Numbered from the stretch's first letter, positions 8,910-19,275 are shown. The stretch is 64,000 bases of DNA from an uncultured Enorma sp. (GCF_905210055.1 NZ_CAJLVH010000001.1); one strand, 5' to 3'. Notes: a model not told the origin generated them from the sequence alone. Numbers and translations: made by a program.

Positions 8910-9281
8910 GTGGAGATCATCATCTCAAATGCAAGCAATCGACCGATTTACGAGCAGATCGCGAATCAAGTGAAGGCAGCGATTCTCTCGGGCGAGCTCA
9001 CGGAGGGAGAGCAGCTTCCCAGCATCCGCGCCCTTGCGAACAGCCTGCGTGTAAGCGTCATCACCACGAAACGTGCCTACACCGACCTCGAAGCAGCTGG
9101 TTTCATCGAGACGGTGCAAGGCAAGGGCTGCTTCGTAGCCGGCGGAAACGCCGAGCTTATCCGCGAAGAGCAGCTGCGCGGTATCGAGGAGCTGTTCGGC
9201 AAAGCAGTGTCGGAAGGTCGCACTATCGGTCTTTCGGATGGCGAGCTCCAGGAGATGTTCGCGCTTGCGCTCGAGGTGTAG
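8910..9281 (+). CDS. GntR family regulator, YtrA subfamily
   Basis: PIYEQI..LPSIRALA..SVITTKRAY..GKGCFV, short C-terminus, precedes ABC genes; GTG start after AAAGGAAG. Confidence 0.92.
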   Translation: MEIIISNASNRPIYEQIANQVKAAILSGELTEGEQLPSIRALANSLRVSVITTKRAYTDLEAAGFIETVQGKGCFVAGGNAELIREEQLRGIEELFGKAVSEGRTIGLSDGELQEMFALALEV

Positions 9282-9336
9282 AGGCAGAGGCTCGTGCGTC
9301 TAGACCTGTCACCAATGACTTAAGGAGTTGAAGGAT

Positions 9337-10224
9337 ATGAAACCGCTTATCGAAGCACACGGTATCACGAAGCATTACGATGGGTTCTCGCTTCAGGATG
9401 TGAGCTTCACGGTGGACGAAGGCGAGGTTGTAGGCTTTGTAGGAAAGAATGGCGCCGGTAAGTCGACCACCATTAAAGCGCTCCTGGGGCTTATCGAGCT
9501 CGACGAGGGAGAGGGAAGCGTGCTGGGTACGCCGAGCGCGCAGCTTTCCCGCTCGGAAGGTGCGCAGGTTAAGGAACGCATCGGTGTGGTGTTCGACGCC
9601 ATTTCGCTGCCCGATCACCTCAAGGTGGCGGATGTTGGTCGCATCTATTCGCGCACGTATACTAGTTGGGATCCTCGCCTTTTTGCTCAGCTTACCGGCG
9701 AACTCGACCTTGATCCTAAAAAGACCGTCAAGGCGCTTTCGCGCGGCATGGGCATGAAGCTCTCGCTTGCGTGTGCCCTTTCCCACGGCGCAGATCTGCT
9801 CATTCTTGATGAAGCCACGGCCGGCCTCGACCCCATGGCACGCGACGAGATCCTCGATACCCTGCGCGTATTCGTCGAGCAACCGGGGCACGCTATCTTC
9901 ATGAGTAGCCACATTACGAGCGACCTCGAGCGCATCGCGGATCGTGTGCTCTGCATCGATAATGGTCGCATCACGTTCGACCTTGTTAAAGACGCCATCA
10001 CGGACGATATGGGCATCGCGCGCTGCCGCGTGGCGGACTTCGAGCGCATCGCGGCGAGCGGCTTCATCCCCGAGAACGAGCTGCGCTACCGCAAGCACGA
10101 GTACGGCATCGACCTGCTCGTTCCCGACCGCTTCGCGTTCAACGAGAAGTTCCCGCAGGTGCCGGTCGACCGCATGACCATCGACGACTACCTCACCCTC
10201 ACCTTGAAAGGTGGTGTGCGATAA
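9337..10224 (+). CDS. ABC transporter ATP-binding protein (YtrB-like)
   Basis: GKNGAGKS, LSRGMGMK, LILDEAT, SSH. Confidence 0.93.
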   Translation: MKPLIEAHGITKHYDGFSLQDVSFTVDEGEVVGFVGKNGAGKSTTIKALLGLIELDEGEGSVLGTPSAQLSRSEGAQVKERIGVVFDAISLPDHLKVADVGRIYSRTYTSWDPRLFAQLTGELDLDPKKTVKALSRGMGMKLSLACALSHGADLLILDEATAGLDPMARDEILDTLRVFVEQPGHAIFMSSHITSDLERIADRVLCIDNGRITFDLVKDAITDDMGIARCRVADFERIAASGFIPENELRYRKHEYGIDLLVPDRFAFNEKFPQVPVDRMTIDDYLTLTLKGGVR

Positions 10225-10950
10225 ATGAAGCGCGCATATCTCATAGAGCTGACCATCTTCCGTGATTACGCTCGGCAGCTCATCGGCCTTGGAATTGTCG
10301 TCTCGCTGTGCATCGGGTTCGGCATGCAGACGCCGCTTGCGATGCCTGCAACACTCACCTGCATGTTCTTCATGATGGCTTCGATGGGTCTTGCCGCCTA
10401 TGATGAGCTCAATCATTGGGGTCTTTTCCGCCTTACGCTGCCGCTTTCTCGACGCGACGTGGTGTGTGGCCGTTACGCCGCCATCGTGACGTTGGGCAGC
10501 ATAGGGATGGTCGTGGGGTTTGTGTCCGCATGCGTGACGACAGCGATCGCCTCGTTCATTCCGCTGCCGAGCGATATCGCCGAGGCGTTCGCGTTTGATG
10601 CGGATATGCTGGGAGTCATGCTGTTCGTCACGGCGTTCACGCTGCTCATCGGCGCAACGGTTGCCTCGGTGGTAACGCCGATCTATTTCCGTCTGGGTCA
10701 GACGCGCGCGACGCAGATTCTTCCGACCGTGATCGTGCTCCTTTTTGTTGTACCGGTGGTGGTTTTGGGTAATAGCGGCATGCTTGATGGCGGGATTCCA
10801 GGCATGGAGCTCCTGTCCAATGTTCTCGTTGCGCTTGAGACGCCAGCGGGCATGGTGGTCGGTGTCGCCGCTTGTGTGGTTGCCTCCGCGGTGCTGCTCA
10901 CCATCTCCGCTGCTATCTCGCTCAAGCTCTACGAGCATCGCGAGCTGTAA
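10225..10950 (+). CDS. ABC-2 transporter permease
   Basis: Six hydrophobic segments, LPLSRRDVV.GRY motif, ends YEHREL. Confidence 0.85.
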   Translation: MKRAYLIELTIFRDYARQLIGLGIVVSLCIGFGMQTPLAMPATLTCMFFMMASMGLAAYDELNHWGLFRLTLPLSRRDVVCGRYAAIVTLGSIGMVVGFVSACVTTAIASFIPLPSDIAEAFAFDADMLGVMLFVTAFTLLIGATVASVVTPIYFRLGQTRATQILPTVIVLLFVVPVVVLGNSGMLDGGIPGMELLSNVLVALETPAGMVVGVAACVVASAVLLTISAAISLKLYEHREL

Positions 10951-10958
10951 CGATTGCG

Positions 10959-10993
10959 CACCAGCCAATAACCCCCGTCCCCATTGGCTGGTG
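10959..10993. repeat. GGGAC-loop stem-loop repeat, intergenic copy
   Basis: Minus strand caccagccaat-GGGGACGGGGGTT-attggctggtg (11-bp stem, 13-nt loop). Confidence 0.8.
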
Positions 10994-11076
10994 GTTGGGG
11001 CTCGCATGTAAAAGCACCTCTGGGGTAATTTGACGCTCGTTTTGGGTACGGTGTGGACGAGTCGATTGGAGGCACT

Positions 11077-11616
11077 ATGCAGTACGCGATTCTCTATAAC
11101 AGTGCCAGTGGAAATACCCAGCTGGTGGCGGAGGCGCTCGAGCGGGCGCTCACAAACGAGGGCGCCGAGGTAGCGCTTGCGAAAATCGCCCACGGCGGTG
11201 CGGCGGACGCGCTTGCGGCATCTAACGCCGCAACGGCCGATGCCGTGCTCGTAGGATTCTGGTGCGACAAGGGTTCCTGCACGCAGGATGTGGCAGATGT
11301 GCTTGCACAGCTTGGCGGCAAGCGCGTGTTCCTCTTCGGCACCGCGGGCTTCGGCGGCGCACCCGAGTACTTCGAGCGCATCCTTGCCGGCGTGCGCGAG
11401 AAGCTGCCCGAAGATGCCGAATACCTCGGCGGTGCCATGTGCCAGGGCAAAATGGGCGCGGGTATTCGCCACCGCTACGAGGGCATGCTTGCCGAACATC
11501 CTGGTGACGAGCGCATCCAGGCGATGATCGACAATTTCGACGCCGCCCTTGCGCACCCGAACGATGACGACCTCTCCCGTATTGCCGACGCAGCAAAGGC
11601 GGCGCTTGGTCTGTAG
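11077..11616 (+). CDS. Flavodoxin family protein (Flavodoxin_3/BilS-like)
   Basis: YNSASGNT, VGFWCDKG, FLFGTAG, MCQGKM, AHPNDDD. Confidence 0.82.
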   Translation: MQYAILYNSASGNTQLVAEALERALTNEGAEVALAKIAHGGAADALAASNAATADAVLVGFWCDKGSCTQDVADVLAQLGGKRVFLFGTAGFGGAPEYFERILAGVREKLPEDAEYLGGAMCQGKMGAGIRHRYEGMLAEHPGDERIQAMIDNFDAALAHPNDDDLSRIADAAKAALGL

Positions 11617-11639
11617 GGTTGTAGGGCGAGATGCCCGAC

Positions 11640-12719
11640 CTATTCGTCGCCGAAGCTGATGCCGAGCGCCTTTGCTTCGCGCACGAGGTCGCTTTCCGGG
11701 TCGACGTACTTGAGCTTGCCGGCGACCTCTTCGAGCGGGATGCGCGTCATCTTGCGATCTACCTGGGCGATCATATAGCCATACTCGCCCGCCAGACATC
11801 CGAGCGCCGCCTCGACGCCGCACTGCGTGGCGAAGATGCGATCCTGTGCATCGGGGATGCCGCCGCGCTGCGTGTGCCCCGGGATGGCAACGCGCGTCTC
11901 GCGACCCGTGCGGTCTTCGATCTCGCGCGCGATGTCATACACGATTGACGGACTTGTGCGCGCCGCGACCTTCTTCTTGTACTCCTTCTTGGAAAGGGCG
12001 GCGTCCTCTTTGGAGATGGCTCCCTCCGCGACGGCGAGGATGGCAAACCTGCCGCCTGCGGCGTCACGCTCTTCGATCGTTCGAATCACGTTGTCCATGT
12101 TGTAGGGGATCTCGGGGATGAGGATGACGTCCGCGCCGCCGGCGACGCCCGCGTACAACGGGATCCAGCCCACCTTATGTCCCATAATCTCGACGACGAA
12201 CACGCGGCCGTGGCTCGACGCGGTGGTGTGGATGTCGTCGATGCACTTCGTGGCGATCTCGACGGCGCTCGTGAAGCCGAAGGTCATCTCGGTTCCCCAC
12301 GTGTCGTTGTCGATCGTCTTGGGCAGCGCGATGACGTTGAGACCCTCCTGCGAGAGACGGTTTGCGGTCTTCGTGGAGCCGTTGCCACCCAACATGAAGA
12401 GGCAGTCAAGATGCAGCTGCTTGTACGTTTTGATCATGGCGGGAACCTTCTCCACGCCATCGGCCTCGGGAGTGTCGAGCAGCTTGAACGGGGTGCGGCT
12501 TGTGCCTAGGATGGTGCCGCCGCGCGTGAGGATGCCGCTGAAATCGTGGGGCTCCATCTTGCGATAGCGTCCGTAGATAAGACCCTGGTAGCCGTCTTCG
12601 AAGCCATAGATCTCCACGGACTCCTTGCTCTTATTGATGAGCGTCTTCACGATGCCGCGCATAGTGGCGTTGAGCGCCTGGCAATCGCCGCCGCTCGTGA
12701 GCAATCCGATTCGAAGCAT
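11640..12719 (-). CDS. pfkA: 6-phosphofructokinase
   Basis: LTSGGDCQALN, GGTILGTSR, LGGNGS, PKTIDND, EIMGH, GHTQRGG. Confidence 0.95.
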   Translation of the reverse strand: MLRIGLLTSGGDCQALNATMRGIVKTLINKSKESVEIYGFEDGYQGLIYGRYRKMEPHDFSGILTRGGTILGTSRTPFKLLDTPEADGVEKVPAMIKTYKQLHLDCLFMLGGNGSTKTANRLSQEGLNVIALPKTIDNDTWGTEMTFGFTSAVEIATKCIDDIHTTASSHGRVFVVEIMGHKVGWIPLYAGVAGGADVILIPEIPYNMDNVIRTIEERDAAGGRFAILAVAEGAISKEDAALSKKEYKKKVAARTSPSIVYDIAREIEDRTGRETRVAIPGHTQRGGIPDAQDRIFATQCGVEAALGCLAGEYGYMIAQVDRKMTRIPLEEVAGKLKYVDPESDLVREAKALGISFGDE

Positions 12720-12902
12720 GTGTCCCCCTCGTTTTCGTGCTGAGGTATTCCTAACATATTAGTGTACTACGGCATGGAGAACCCACGTGGCAGACTCGTG
12801 TCGAACTGTGGGGTTTAACCTCCGCAGGATGCGCTTTCCTCTCGACATGGGCGCTCCCTGCGAGTAGTCTGGGCATAACCGCTGTCGTTAGGAGGTCTTA
12901 CC

Positions 12903-14021
12903 ATGAAGATCAAGACCATCGGCGTCGAGGACTGGCTCAACGTGCACGAGAAGAGTGCGACGGTGGATATCGCGCAGTCTACGATTGCCTCGCTCACCAT
13001 GGATGAGATTCTGAAGCTCGATGGCTCGGATGGCCAGGGTTTCTACGAGCAACTCGGGCGCGAGAAAATGAATTACGGTTGGATTGAGGGATCGCCGGAC
13101 TTCAAGCAGGAGGTCGCTAGCCTGTATCAAAACGTGGATCCAGAAAACGTACTCCAAGCGAACGGTGCCACCGGCGCGAACTTGCTCGCCCTCATGACCC
13201 TTGTGGAGCCCGGCGACCACGTGATCGCAGAGTATCCCACGTACCAGTCGCTGTATGAGATCCCCCGCACGCTCGGCGCGGAGGTGGAGTACTGGCACAT
13301 CAAGGAGGAGCTGGGCTGGCAGCCCGACATCGCCGAGCTCGAGCGGCTCGTGCGGCCGAACACGAAGCTCATCTGCATCAACAACGCGTCGAACCCGCTC
13401 GGCACGGTGCTTTCGCGCGAGATGCTCGAGCAGATCGTCGAGATCGCGCAGTCGGTAGGGGCGTACGTGCTTTCCGACGAAGTCTATCTGCCGCTCGAAG
13501 ATACCGAGAGTTTCGTGTCGATGGCAGACCTGTACGACCGCGCTGTCGTGACGAACAGCATCTCGAAAACGTATTCGGTCCCCGCAGCGCGCATCGGCTG
13601 GACGGTGTCGAATGCAGAGGTGGCCAACCGCATCCGCACGTACCGCGACTACACGCTCATCTGCGGCGGCATCTTCAACGACGCGCTTGCCGTGCATGTG
13701 CTCCGCAACCGCGAGTGCATTCTGGAACGGAACCGCGCCATCGTCTTCGGGAACCGCGCTATCGCACAGGCGTGGGTGGACGAGGAGCCGCGCGTGCGCT
13801 GGGTGGCGCCGAAGGGCGTGTCGACCTCGTACATCCAGTTCGACATTCCTATGAACGACGAGGAGTTCTGCCTGAAGCTTTTGCACGAGCGCGGTGTGCT
13901 GCTCGTGCCGGGCAGCCGTTTCGAGCTGCCGTGCGGCGCGCGTCTGGGTTATTGCGCGCCCAAGGAGACGCTCCGCGAGGGGCTCACGCTGCTCTCGCAG
14001 GCGCTGCACGAGTTCGATTAG
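12903..14021 (+). CDS. PLP-dependent aminotransferase class I/II
   Basis: NNASNPLG, SDEVY, NSISKTYSVPAARIGW, RLGY; AGGAGG RBS. Confidence 0.92.
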   Translation: MKIKTIGVEDWLNVHEKSATVDIAQSTIASLTMDEILKLDGSDGQGFYEQLGREKMNYGWIEGSPDFKQEVASLYQNVDPENVLQANGATGANLLALMTLVEPGDHVIAEYPTYQSLYEIPRTLGAEVEYWHIKEELGWQPDIAELERLVRPNTKLICINNASNPLGTVLSREMLEQIVEIAQSVGAYVLSDEVYLPLEDTESFVSMADLYDRAVVTNSISKTYSVPAARIGWTVSNAEVANRIRTYRDYTLICGGIFNDALAVHVLRNRECILERNRAIVFGNRAIAQAWVDEEPRVRWVAPKGVSTSYIQFDIPMNDEEFCLKLLHERGVLLVPGSRFELPCGARLGYCAPKETLREGLTLLSQALHEFD

Positions 14022-14030
14022 GGTCGAAGG

Positions 14031-15815
14031 CTACGCGCGAAGCAGCTTCAGGGTATCGTTCGCGATGCCCTCGACGGTGATGCTGCAACTCGCAAGGAGT
14101 TCCTGCGGGTCGAAGCGGTCGGGGAAGCCCTTGGGGATGCCGTAGCAGCGCGTGCGTATGCCGCTTGCGCCCAGGAAGCGCGCGACCTTCTCACCCCAGC
14201 CACCCTCGAGCACACCGTCCTCGAGGGTGATGATCGTGTGGTGCCGCTCGGGTAACGCGCGCAGGAGCGCCTCGTCGAGCTCCGTGGCGTAGCGCGGGTT
14301 CACGAGCGTCGCCTGCACGCCGTGTTCAGCGAGGTCGTCCGCCACGCGCTCGCCCAAGCCAAAGAATCCGCCGAGTGCGAGGATCGCAACGTCCTCGCCT
14401 TTGCGAACAACCTGGTAAGAGGGCGTATCGAATACCGCGTTGTTTGCGGGCGCGAGCTCCGGGCGCGACGCGGGCGCACCGACGGGCATGCGAATCACGA
14501 CGGGGCGCTCGCGCTGGTCGAGCGACCAATCGAGCATCGCGAGGTATTCCTCCAGGCAGACGGGCGCGAGCACGCGGAGGTTCGGCAGGCTGCCGAGCAT
14601 CGAGAGGTCAAAGTAATTGAGGTGCGTCTCGGCGTTCGCTCCGAAGACGGAAGCGCCGATGTCGATGATGGTCGCCGGCGCGCTGTTGAGGCAGAGGTCG
14701 TGCCACAGTTCATCGTACGCGCGCTGTAGGAAGGCTCCGTATACGCCGAAGACTGGCTTCGCGCCGCTCGCGGCAAGCGCCGCAGAGCAGGTGACCGCAT
14801 GCTCCTCCGCGATGCCGACGTCCACGAACTGCGACCCGGCCTGCGCGCGGCGTTCGGGCGTGAAGCCGAGCACATAGGGCATGCCGGCGGTGATGGCAAC
14901 GACGCGCTGGTCGCGCGCCATGCGCTCGAGGAGGTGGCGCGCGGTGAGGTCCGCATAACCGCCGGCCGGCACGTCGCCGCCGATAAGCTTGCGCTTCTCG
15001 CCGGTCTCAAGATCGAAGGGACCCACATGGTGCCAGAGCTCAGGTGCGCGCTCGGCGGGCGCGTAGCCAGCGCCCTTTTTGGTATGGATGTGCAGCACCA
15101 CGGGTCGATCCGTTCCGCGCAAGGATTCGAGCGCATCCACGAGTGCCTGTACGTCGTTTCCCGCTTCGACGTAGGTATAGCCGAAGCCCAGGGCTCGGAA
15201 GATATTCGATTCCGCGGCGCCGTGCGTGGCGCGTAGCTCGGCGAGGGTGCCATAGATGCCGCCGTGGTTTTCGGCGATGGACTGGTCGTTATCGTTCACG
15301 ACGATGATAATGCCGCTGCCCAGTACCGCAGCGTTGTCGAGGCCCTCGAATGCGAGGCCGCCGGAAAGCGAGCCGTCGCCGATGACCGCGACGACGTCGT
15401 AGTGCTCGCCGGCGAGGTCGCGGGCTTTCGCGAGGCCGCAGGCAAGGCTCACCGAGGTCGAGGTGTGGCCGATAGAGAAGAGGTCGTGTTCAGATTCGCG
15501 CGGGCTCAAGAAGCCAGAGACCGTGCCGAACGCTTTGGGGTCGAGGTAGGCCGCGGCGCGTCCGGTGAGTGCCTTATGCGCATAGCATTGGTGCGAGACG
15601 TCGAAGACGATCTTGTCGTGTGGGGAGTCGAACACGCGGTGCAGCGCGACGGTAAGCTCGATGACGCCGAGGTTGGGTGCGAGGTGCCCGCCGATGGCGG
15701 AGGCGTTCGCAAGGATCGCGTCGCGCAGTTCGGCGCAGAGCTTCGGCAAGTCCTCCGCGGGAAGAGCGTGCACGTCATGCGGCGACGAGATATGTTCGAG
15801 AACCTTGCTACGCAC
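14031..15815 (-). CDS. dxs: 1-deoxy-D-xylulose-5-phosphate synthase
   Basis: GGHLAPNLG, FDVSHQCY, GHTSTS, GDGSLSGG, DVGIAEEHA, FLQRAYD; GTG start inferred. Confidence 0.93.
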   Translation of the reverse strand: MRSKVLEHISSPHDVHALPAEDLPKLCAELRDAILANASAIGGHLAPNLGVIELTVALHRVFDSPHDKIVFDVSHQCYAHKALTGRAAAYLDPKAFGTVSGFLSPRESEHDLFSIGHTSTSVSLACGLAKARDLAGEHYDVVAVIGDGSLSGGLAFEGLDNAAVLGSGIIIVVNDNDQSIAENHGGIYGTLAELRATHGAAESNIFRALGFGYTYVEAGNDVQALVDALESLRGTDRPVVLHIHTKKGAGYAPAERAPELWHHVGPFDLETGEKRKLIGGDVPAGGYADLTARHLLERMARDQRVVAITAGMPYVLGFTPERRAQAGSQFVDVGIAEEHAVTCSAALAASGAKPVFGVYGAFLQRAYDELWHDLCLNSAPATIIDIGASVFGANAETHLNYFDLSMLGSLPNLRVLAPVCLEEYLAMLDWSLDQRERPVVIRMPVGAPASRPELAPANNAVFDTPSYQVVRKGEDVAILALGGFFGLGERVADDLAEHGVQATLVNPRYATELDEALLRALPERHHTIITLEDGVLEGGWGEKVARFLGASGIRTRCYGIPKGFPDRFDPQELLASCSITVEGIANDTLKLLRA

Positions 15816-16067
15816 TTCGCACCTATCGTTATCGTCCGGGCGTTCTAAGCACCCCGGAGTGAATATACAGTGTCTCACATTCGCGTGGGCGAAATGTGGA
15901 TGCTCTGCGATGCTGGACGAATGGCTCCGCGAATGGCGTGGGTCGCGCGATAGGCTACCGTGCCCAAGCTGCTTTTCAACGCAGTCTGATGCGCTGCTTG
16001 CAAAAGCCACCGCACGGCCGACGTCAAAACCCTGGGGTGCTGCAACCTGTCTGCTGGGACGGATGAT

Positions 16068-16976
16068 TTACCTGTTGCGACTGACGAGGGCGATGACCAG
16101 GCTATCGGGCGCACCGCCGTCGCCTTTTTCAACATGTGCAGAAAGTTCCATGCCCATGGCGCGCGCGAGGTTTGCGGCAATGGCGAGTCCAAGGCCGCTG
16201 CCCGAGGAGTTGCGCGCGGAATCTGCCTGGTAGAATCGGTCAAAGAGCCGATCGGCATCGATGTGCGCTCCTGGGACGACGGCGTTGGCGAATTCGATGC
16301 GGGTGGTTTTGTTTTCGCTGCGCACGGAGACGCGGGGCGCGTCTGCGCCATGGCGGAGGGCGTTTACGATGAGGTTGTCGAAGATGCGTGCCAGCGCGTC
16401 GCGGTCGGCGAGGATGGTCGTGCCTTCGGCGCACGAGATGCGGGGTTCCCAACCTCGAGCTTCAAATTCGGGGTAGTGCGCAAGCAGCGCCCGCTCGATT
16501 GCCGCCTCGACTTCAACCACCTCGGGCGTGAGCAAAAGGTCTGGATCGGTCGATTTCGTATAGGCGAAGAGCGCGTCGAGAAGCTCGGTCGTGCTGTCGA
16601 TGCGTGCGGCGGCGGCATCGAGGTGGTGCGTGCGAACGTCGTCATCTGTTTCATCGAGTGCAAGCTGGAGATATCCTTTGGCACCTGTGAGCGGCGTGCG
16701 GATGTCGTGCGAGAGGGCGGAGAGGTCGCGTTGGAACTCCTCTTGGCTGCGCAGCGCCTCGATGCGCTCGCGTGAGGTCTCCTCGAGGCCGTCGTTGATC
16801 ACCGAGGCAAGCTCGTGTATGCCGGGTGCGGGGGTTCCCGCGGTCACGCGGGCGTTGCTGTGCTTGTTGCGCGTGCGCAGGAACGTTGCGATGCGCTTGA
16901 GCTCGGTCGCGTAGAGGGCGGCGGCGATGAGGACACCGAGACCCATTCCGAGCGCGAGCATGGCGACAGCGAGCAT
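16068..16976 (-). CDS. Sensor histidine kinase (single N-terminal TM, no large sensor domain)
   Basis: SHDIRTPLT, NLIVNALRH, LFDRFY, GSGLGLAIA. Confidence 0.92.
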   Translation of the reverse strand: MLAVAMLALGMGLGVLIAAALYATELKRIATFLRTRNKHSNARVTAGTPAPGIHELASVINDGLEETSRERIEALRSQEEFQRDLSALSHDIRTPLTGAKGYLQLALDETDDDVRTHHLDAAAARIDSTTELLDALFAYTKSTDPDLLLTPEVVEVEAAIERALLAHYPEFEARGWEPRISCAEGTTILADRDALARIFDNLIVNALRHGADAPRVSVRSENKTTRIEFANAVVPGAHIDADRLFDRFYQADSARNSSGSGLGLAIAANLARAMGMELSAHVEKGDGGAPDSLVIALVSRNR

Positions 16977-17055
16977 GCGCGCCTCCTTTGCGAACGACGG
17001 GAAGCCATCCGTGCATGGACGGCGAGGGTGGGTGTTTGGGAAAGGGCGCCGGAAT

Positions 17056-17095
17056 GAAGGTGATACCCCGGATCTGGTATCAGGGTATCACCTTC
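17056..17095. repeat. Intergenic hairpin between permease and kinase
   Basis: GAAGGTGATACCC / GGGTATCACCTTC perfect 13-bp arms. Confidence 0.6.
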
Positions 17096-17103
17096 TCATA
17101 GGG

Positions 17104-17964
17104 TTACACGTCGCGCTTGCGGCAGATGACGAGGACGAGGGCGCTCGCTGCGGCGAGCCAGGGTAGGGGAGCCACGAGCGCCTGCGTGAAGCCGCCGCCG
17201 GGTAGCGCAGCACCGAGCGAGCCCCAGCCCTCAGCCATGCCCTGCGAACCGCCTGCGCTCAGCCACGACACGAGGTTCGAGGGCATCCAGCACACGAGCT
17301 CGCTCAGCGCGTCGGCGATGCCGATAAAGCCGGGCGCAAATGCTTGGATGAGGCCGGAAGTGAGCATGAGGCTCTCGGGCACGAGCGAACTGCACAGGCA
17401 GAACGCGGCGATGTAGCTCACGTGGGTGATGCGTGTCCCGTAGGCGATGATGAGCGAGAGCACGGAGAGAGCCCACGTGTTCAAACAGGTCGCGACCGCC
17501 CAGCTCGCAAACGCGAGCGGTGTGTCCATCATCTCAAAGCGTCCGCCGATAGCCATGCACAGGATGAATAGCATGAGTGAGATCGCTACGAAGAAGACAA
17601 TGGTGACGATGCCCGCGAACACGATTCGCTCAGCGAAGTACGAGAGCTTGCCCGTGCGCGACGATACAATGTTCCGCACGAAGCCCTCTTTGAAGTCGCT
17701 GAGTACGTGTTCGACCATGAAGAAGCTGGCAATAAGCGGGAAGAGGTCGCCCAGCGCGCTGCCGAGCATGGCGCTGGGTGAGGCGAACGTCGTGACGCTC
17801 GTGACCACGCCTGTGGAGAAGTCGAAACCGCCGGCAATCATCCACAGGACGATGTAGACGAGGAAGAACAGGACAGCGCACACGGCGAGGTACTGCCAGA
17901 ACGCGCCGCGCAGGCCGCGAGGCCGAGTGATGCGATAGAGGTCGGCTTTCAGAAGATTCAACAT
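17104..17964 (-). CDS. ABC transporter permease (BcrB/lantibiotic-immunity-like)
   Basis: MLNLLKADLYR start, DFKEGFVRN, multiple TMs, ends RKRDV. Confidence 0.85.
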   Translation of the reverse strand: MLNLLKADLYRITRPRGLRGAFWQYLAVCAVLFFLVYIVLWMIAGGFDFSTGVVTSVTTFASPSAMLGSALGDLFPLIASFFMVEHVLSDFKEGFVRNIVSSRTGKLSYFAERIVFAGIVTIVFFVAISLMLFILCMAIGGRFEMMDTPLAFASWAVATCLNTWALSVLSLIIAYGTRITHVSYIAAFCLCSSLVPESLMLTSGLIQAFAPGFIGIADALSELVCWMPSNLVSWLSAGGSQGMAEGWGSLGAALPGGGFTQALVAPLPWLAAASALVLVICRKRDV

Positions 17965-17977
17965 GGTAGCTCCATTC

Positions 17978-18012
17978 ATGTCCCAAAAAGGGACAGGTGC
18001 ATTTTGGGACAT
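17978..18012. repeat. GGGAC-loop stem-loop repeat (family B) copy 1
   Basis: ATGTCCCAAAA-AGGGACAGGTGCA-TTTTGGGACAT; recurs at 39559 and 62141. Confidence 0.85.
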
Positions 18013-18088
18013 TAGCGACGACGACCCGTTGAGAGCAGGTACGCGATGGCGCCGATGAGCACGGCGTCGAGGATGAGACTCTCCATGG

Positions 18089-19105
18089 TCATCGCCTCGA
18101 TTCGGCATGCGTGGACGAGGGTTCAGCATCCGCCCCCATGAGCTCGACGAAGTACTCTTCGAAGTCGCGCTCGAGCACGCTCAACTCAATGATGGTCTGG
18201 TTCGCCGCCGCGAGCACGCGGGAGACGTCCTCTGCCGCGGGTGCGCCCGTCGCTGCGGCATCGCTCGCTGCACCGCCGAAGGACGCTGCCGCGTGACGCG
18301 CCCCGGCCATTCCGGTGATAACGATGCCGCCGTCCGGTTCCGCACGGAAGGCTGCGCCGGGCAGATGCTCCTCGAGAATGGCGAGGCTGCGCGCGGGATC
18401 GGTCGTCTTCACGCGCACGGAGCTCCCGCATGCGGCGTGTAGCTCATCCTCGGTAAACTCCTTGACCATATGCCCCGCGCGGATGACGCCGAAGCGCGTC
18501 GCCATGCGATTGAGCTGGTCGAGCACATGACTCGAGATAACCATCGTCACGCCGCGCTCGTGGTTGAGCCGCATGAGTGCACCGCGCAGCGCACGCGTCT
18601 CCTCGGGGTCGATGCCGTTGAAGGGCTCGTCGAGCAGGAGCAGATCGGGCGAGCCCACGAGCGCGAGCGCGAGTCCCAGCCGCTGCTTCATGCCGAGGGA
18701 GAACTTCTTGGTCTTTCGCGGGTTCACGGGGTCGAGGCCGACGAGCTCCAGGAGCTCAATGCATTGTACGCGGGGGTTTACGACGCCGATGGAGAGTGCC
18801 TTCATCATGAGATTTTCGAATGCCGAGAAGTTCGGCAGCAGGCCGGGGTTTTCGATGAGGGCGCCGATGCGCGAGAATGTGCTGGAAAACGCAGGCGTGT
18901 TCTCGGCCTCGGTACCGAAGAGCTTCATCGAGCCCGCAGTGGGTGTGCTCAGGCCGGCGAGCATCTTCATGGTCGTGGATTTGCCGGCGCCGTTCTTGCC
19001 TACGAAGCCGTAGATATCGCCGCGGGCGACGCGCATGTCGAGACTGTCGACGGCACGCGTGGCGCCATACGACTTCGTGAGTCCGTGCGTCTCGATGACG
19101 TTCAT
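18089..19105 (-). CDS. ABC transporter ATP-binding protein (BcrA-like)
   Basis: GKNGAGKS, FSLGMKQRLG, LLLDEP, SSH. Confidence 0.93.
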   Translation of the reverse strand: MNVIETHGLTKSYGATRAVDSLDMRVARGDIYGFVGKNGAGKSTTMKMLAGLSTPTAGSMKLFGTEAENTPAFSSTFSRIGALIENPGLLPNFSAFENLMMKALSIGVVNPRVQCIELLELVGLDPVNPRKTKKFSLGMKQRLGLALALVGSPDLLLLDEPFNGIDPEETRALRGALMRLNHERGVTMVISSHVLDQLNRMATRFGVIRAGHMVKEFTEDELHAACGSSVRVKTTDPARSLAILEEHLPGAAFRAEPDGGIVITGMAGARHAAASFGGAASDAAATGAPAAEDVSRVLAAANQTIIELSVLERDFEEYFVELMGADAEPSSTHAESRR

Positions 19106-19275
19106 GGCGAGTTCCTTTCTCGCAGGGGGTTCGTTCGTTGACTCACGAGTATGGAGCCCGATGTTTCAGCAACCATTGAGCAACATTAAAGAAAGTCTAA
19201 AGATGGGGGAGGTTGGTCTGCCGGAACCCCTGGAAAGACTTGACGTTTGGCTGTCCTGCTGGGAGTCTCCGATCC

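Noticed and set aside
9223..11823. 866-aa minus-strand ORF
   Set aside because: Spans antisense of three well-supported genes; no recognisable domain
15816..16067. TPP riboswitch upstream of dxs
   Set aside because: GGGGTGC present but CTGAGA and the rest of the core are missing
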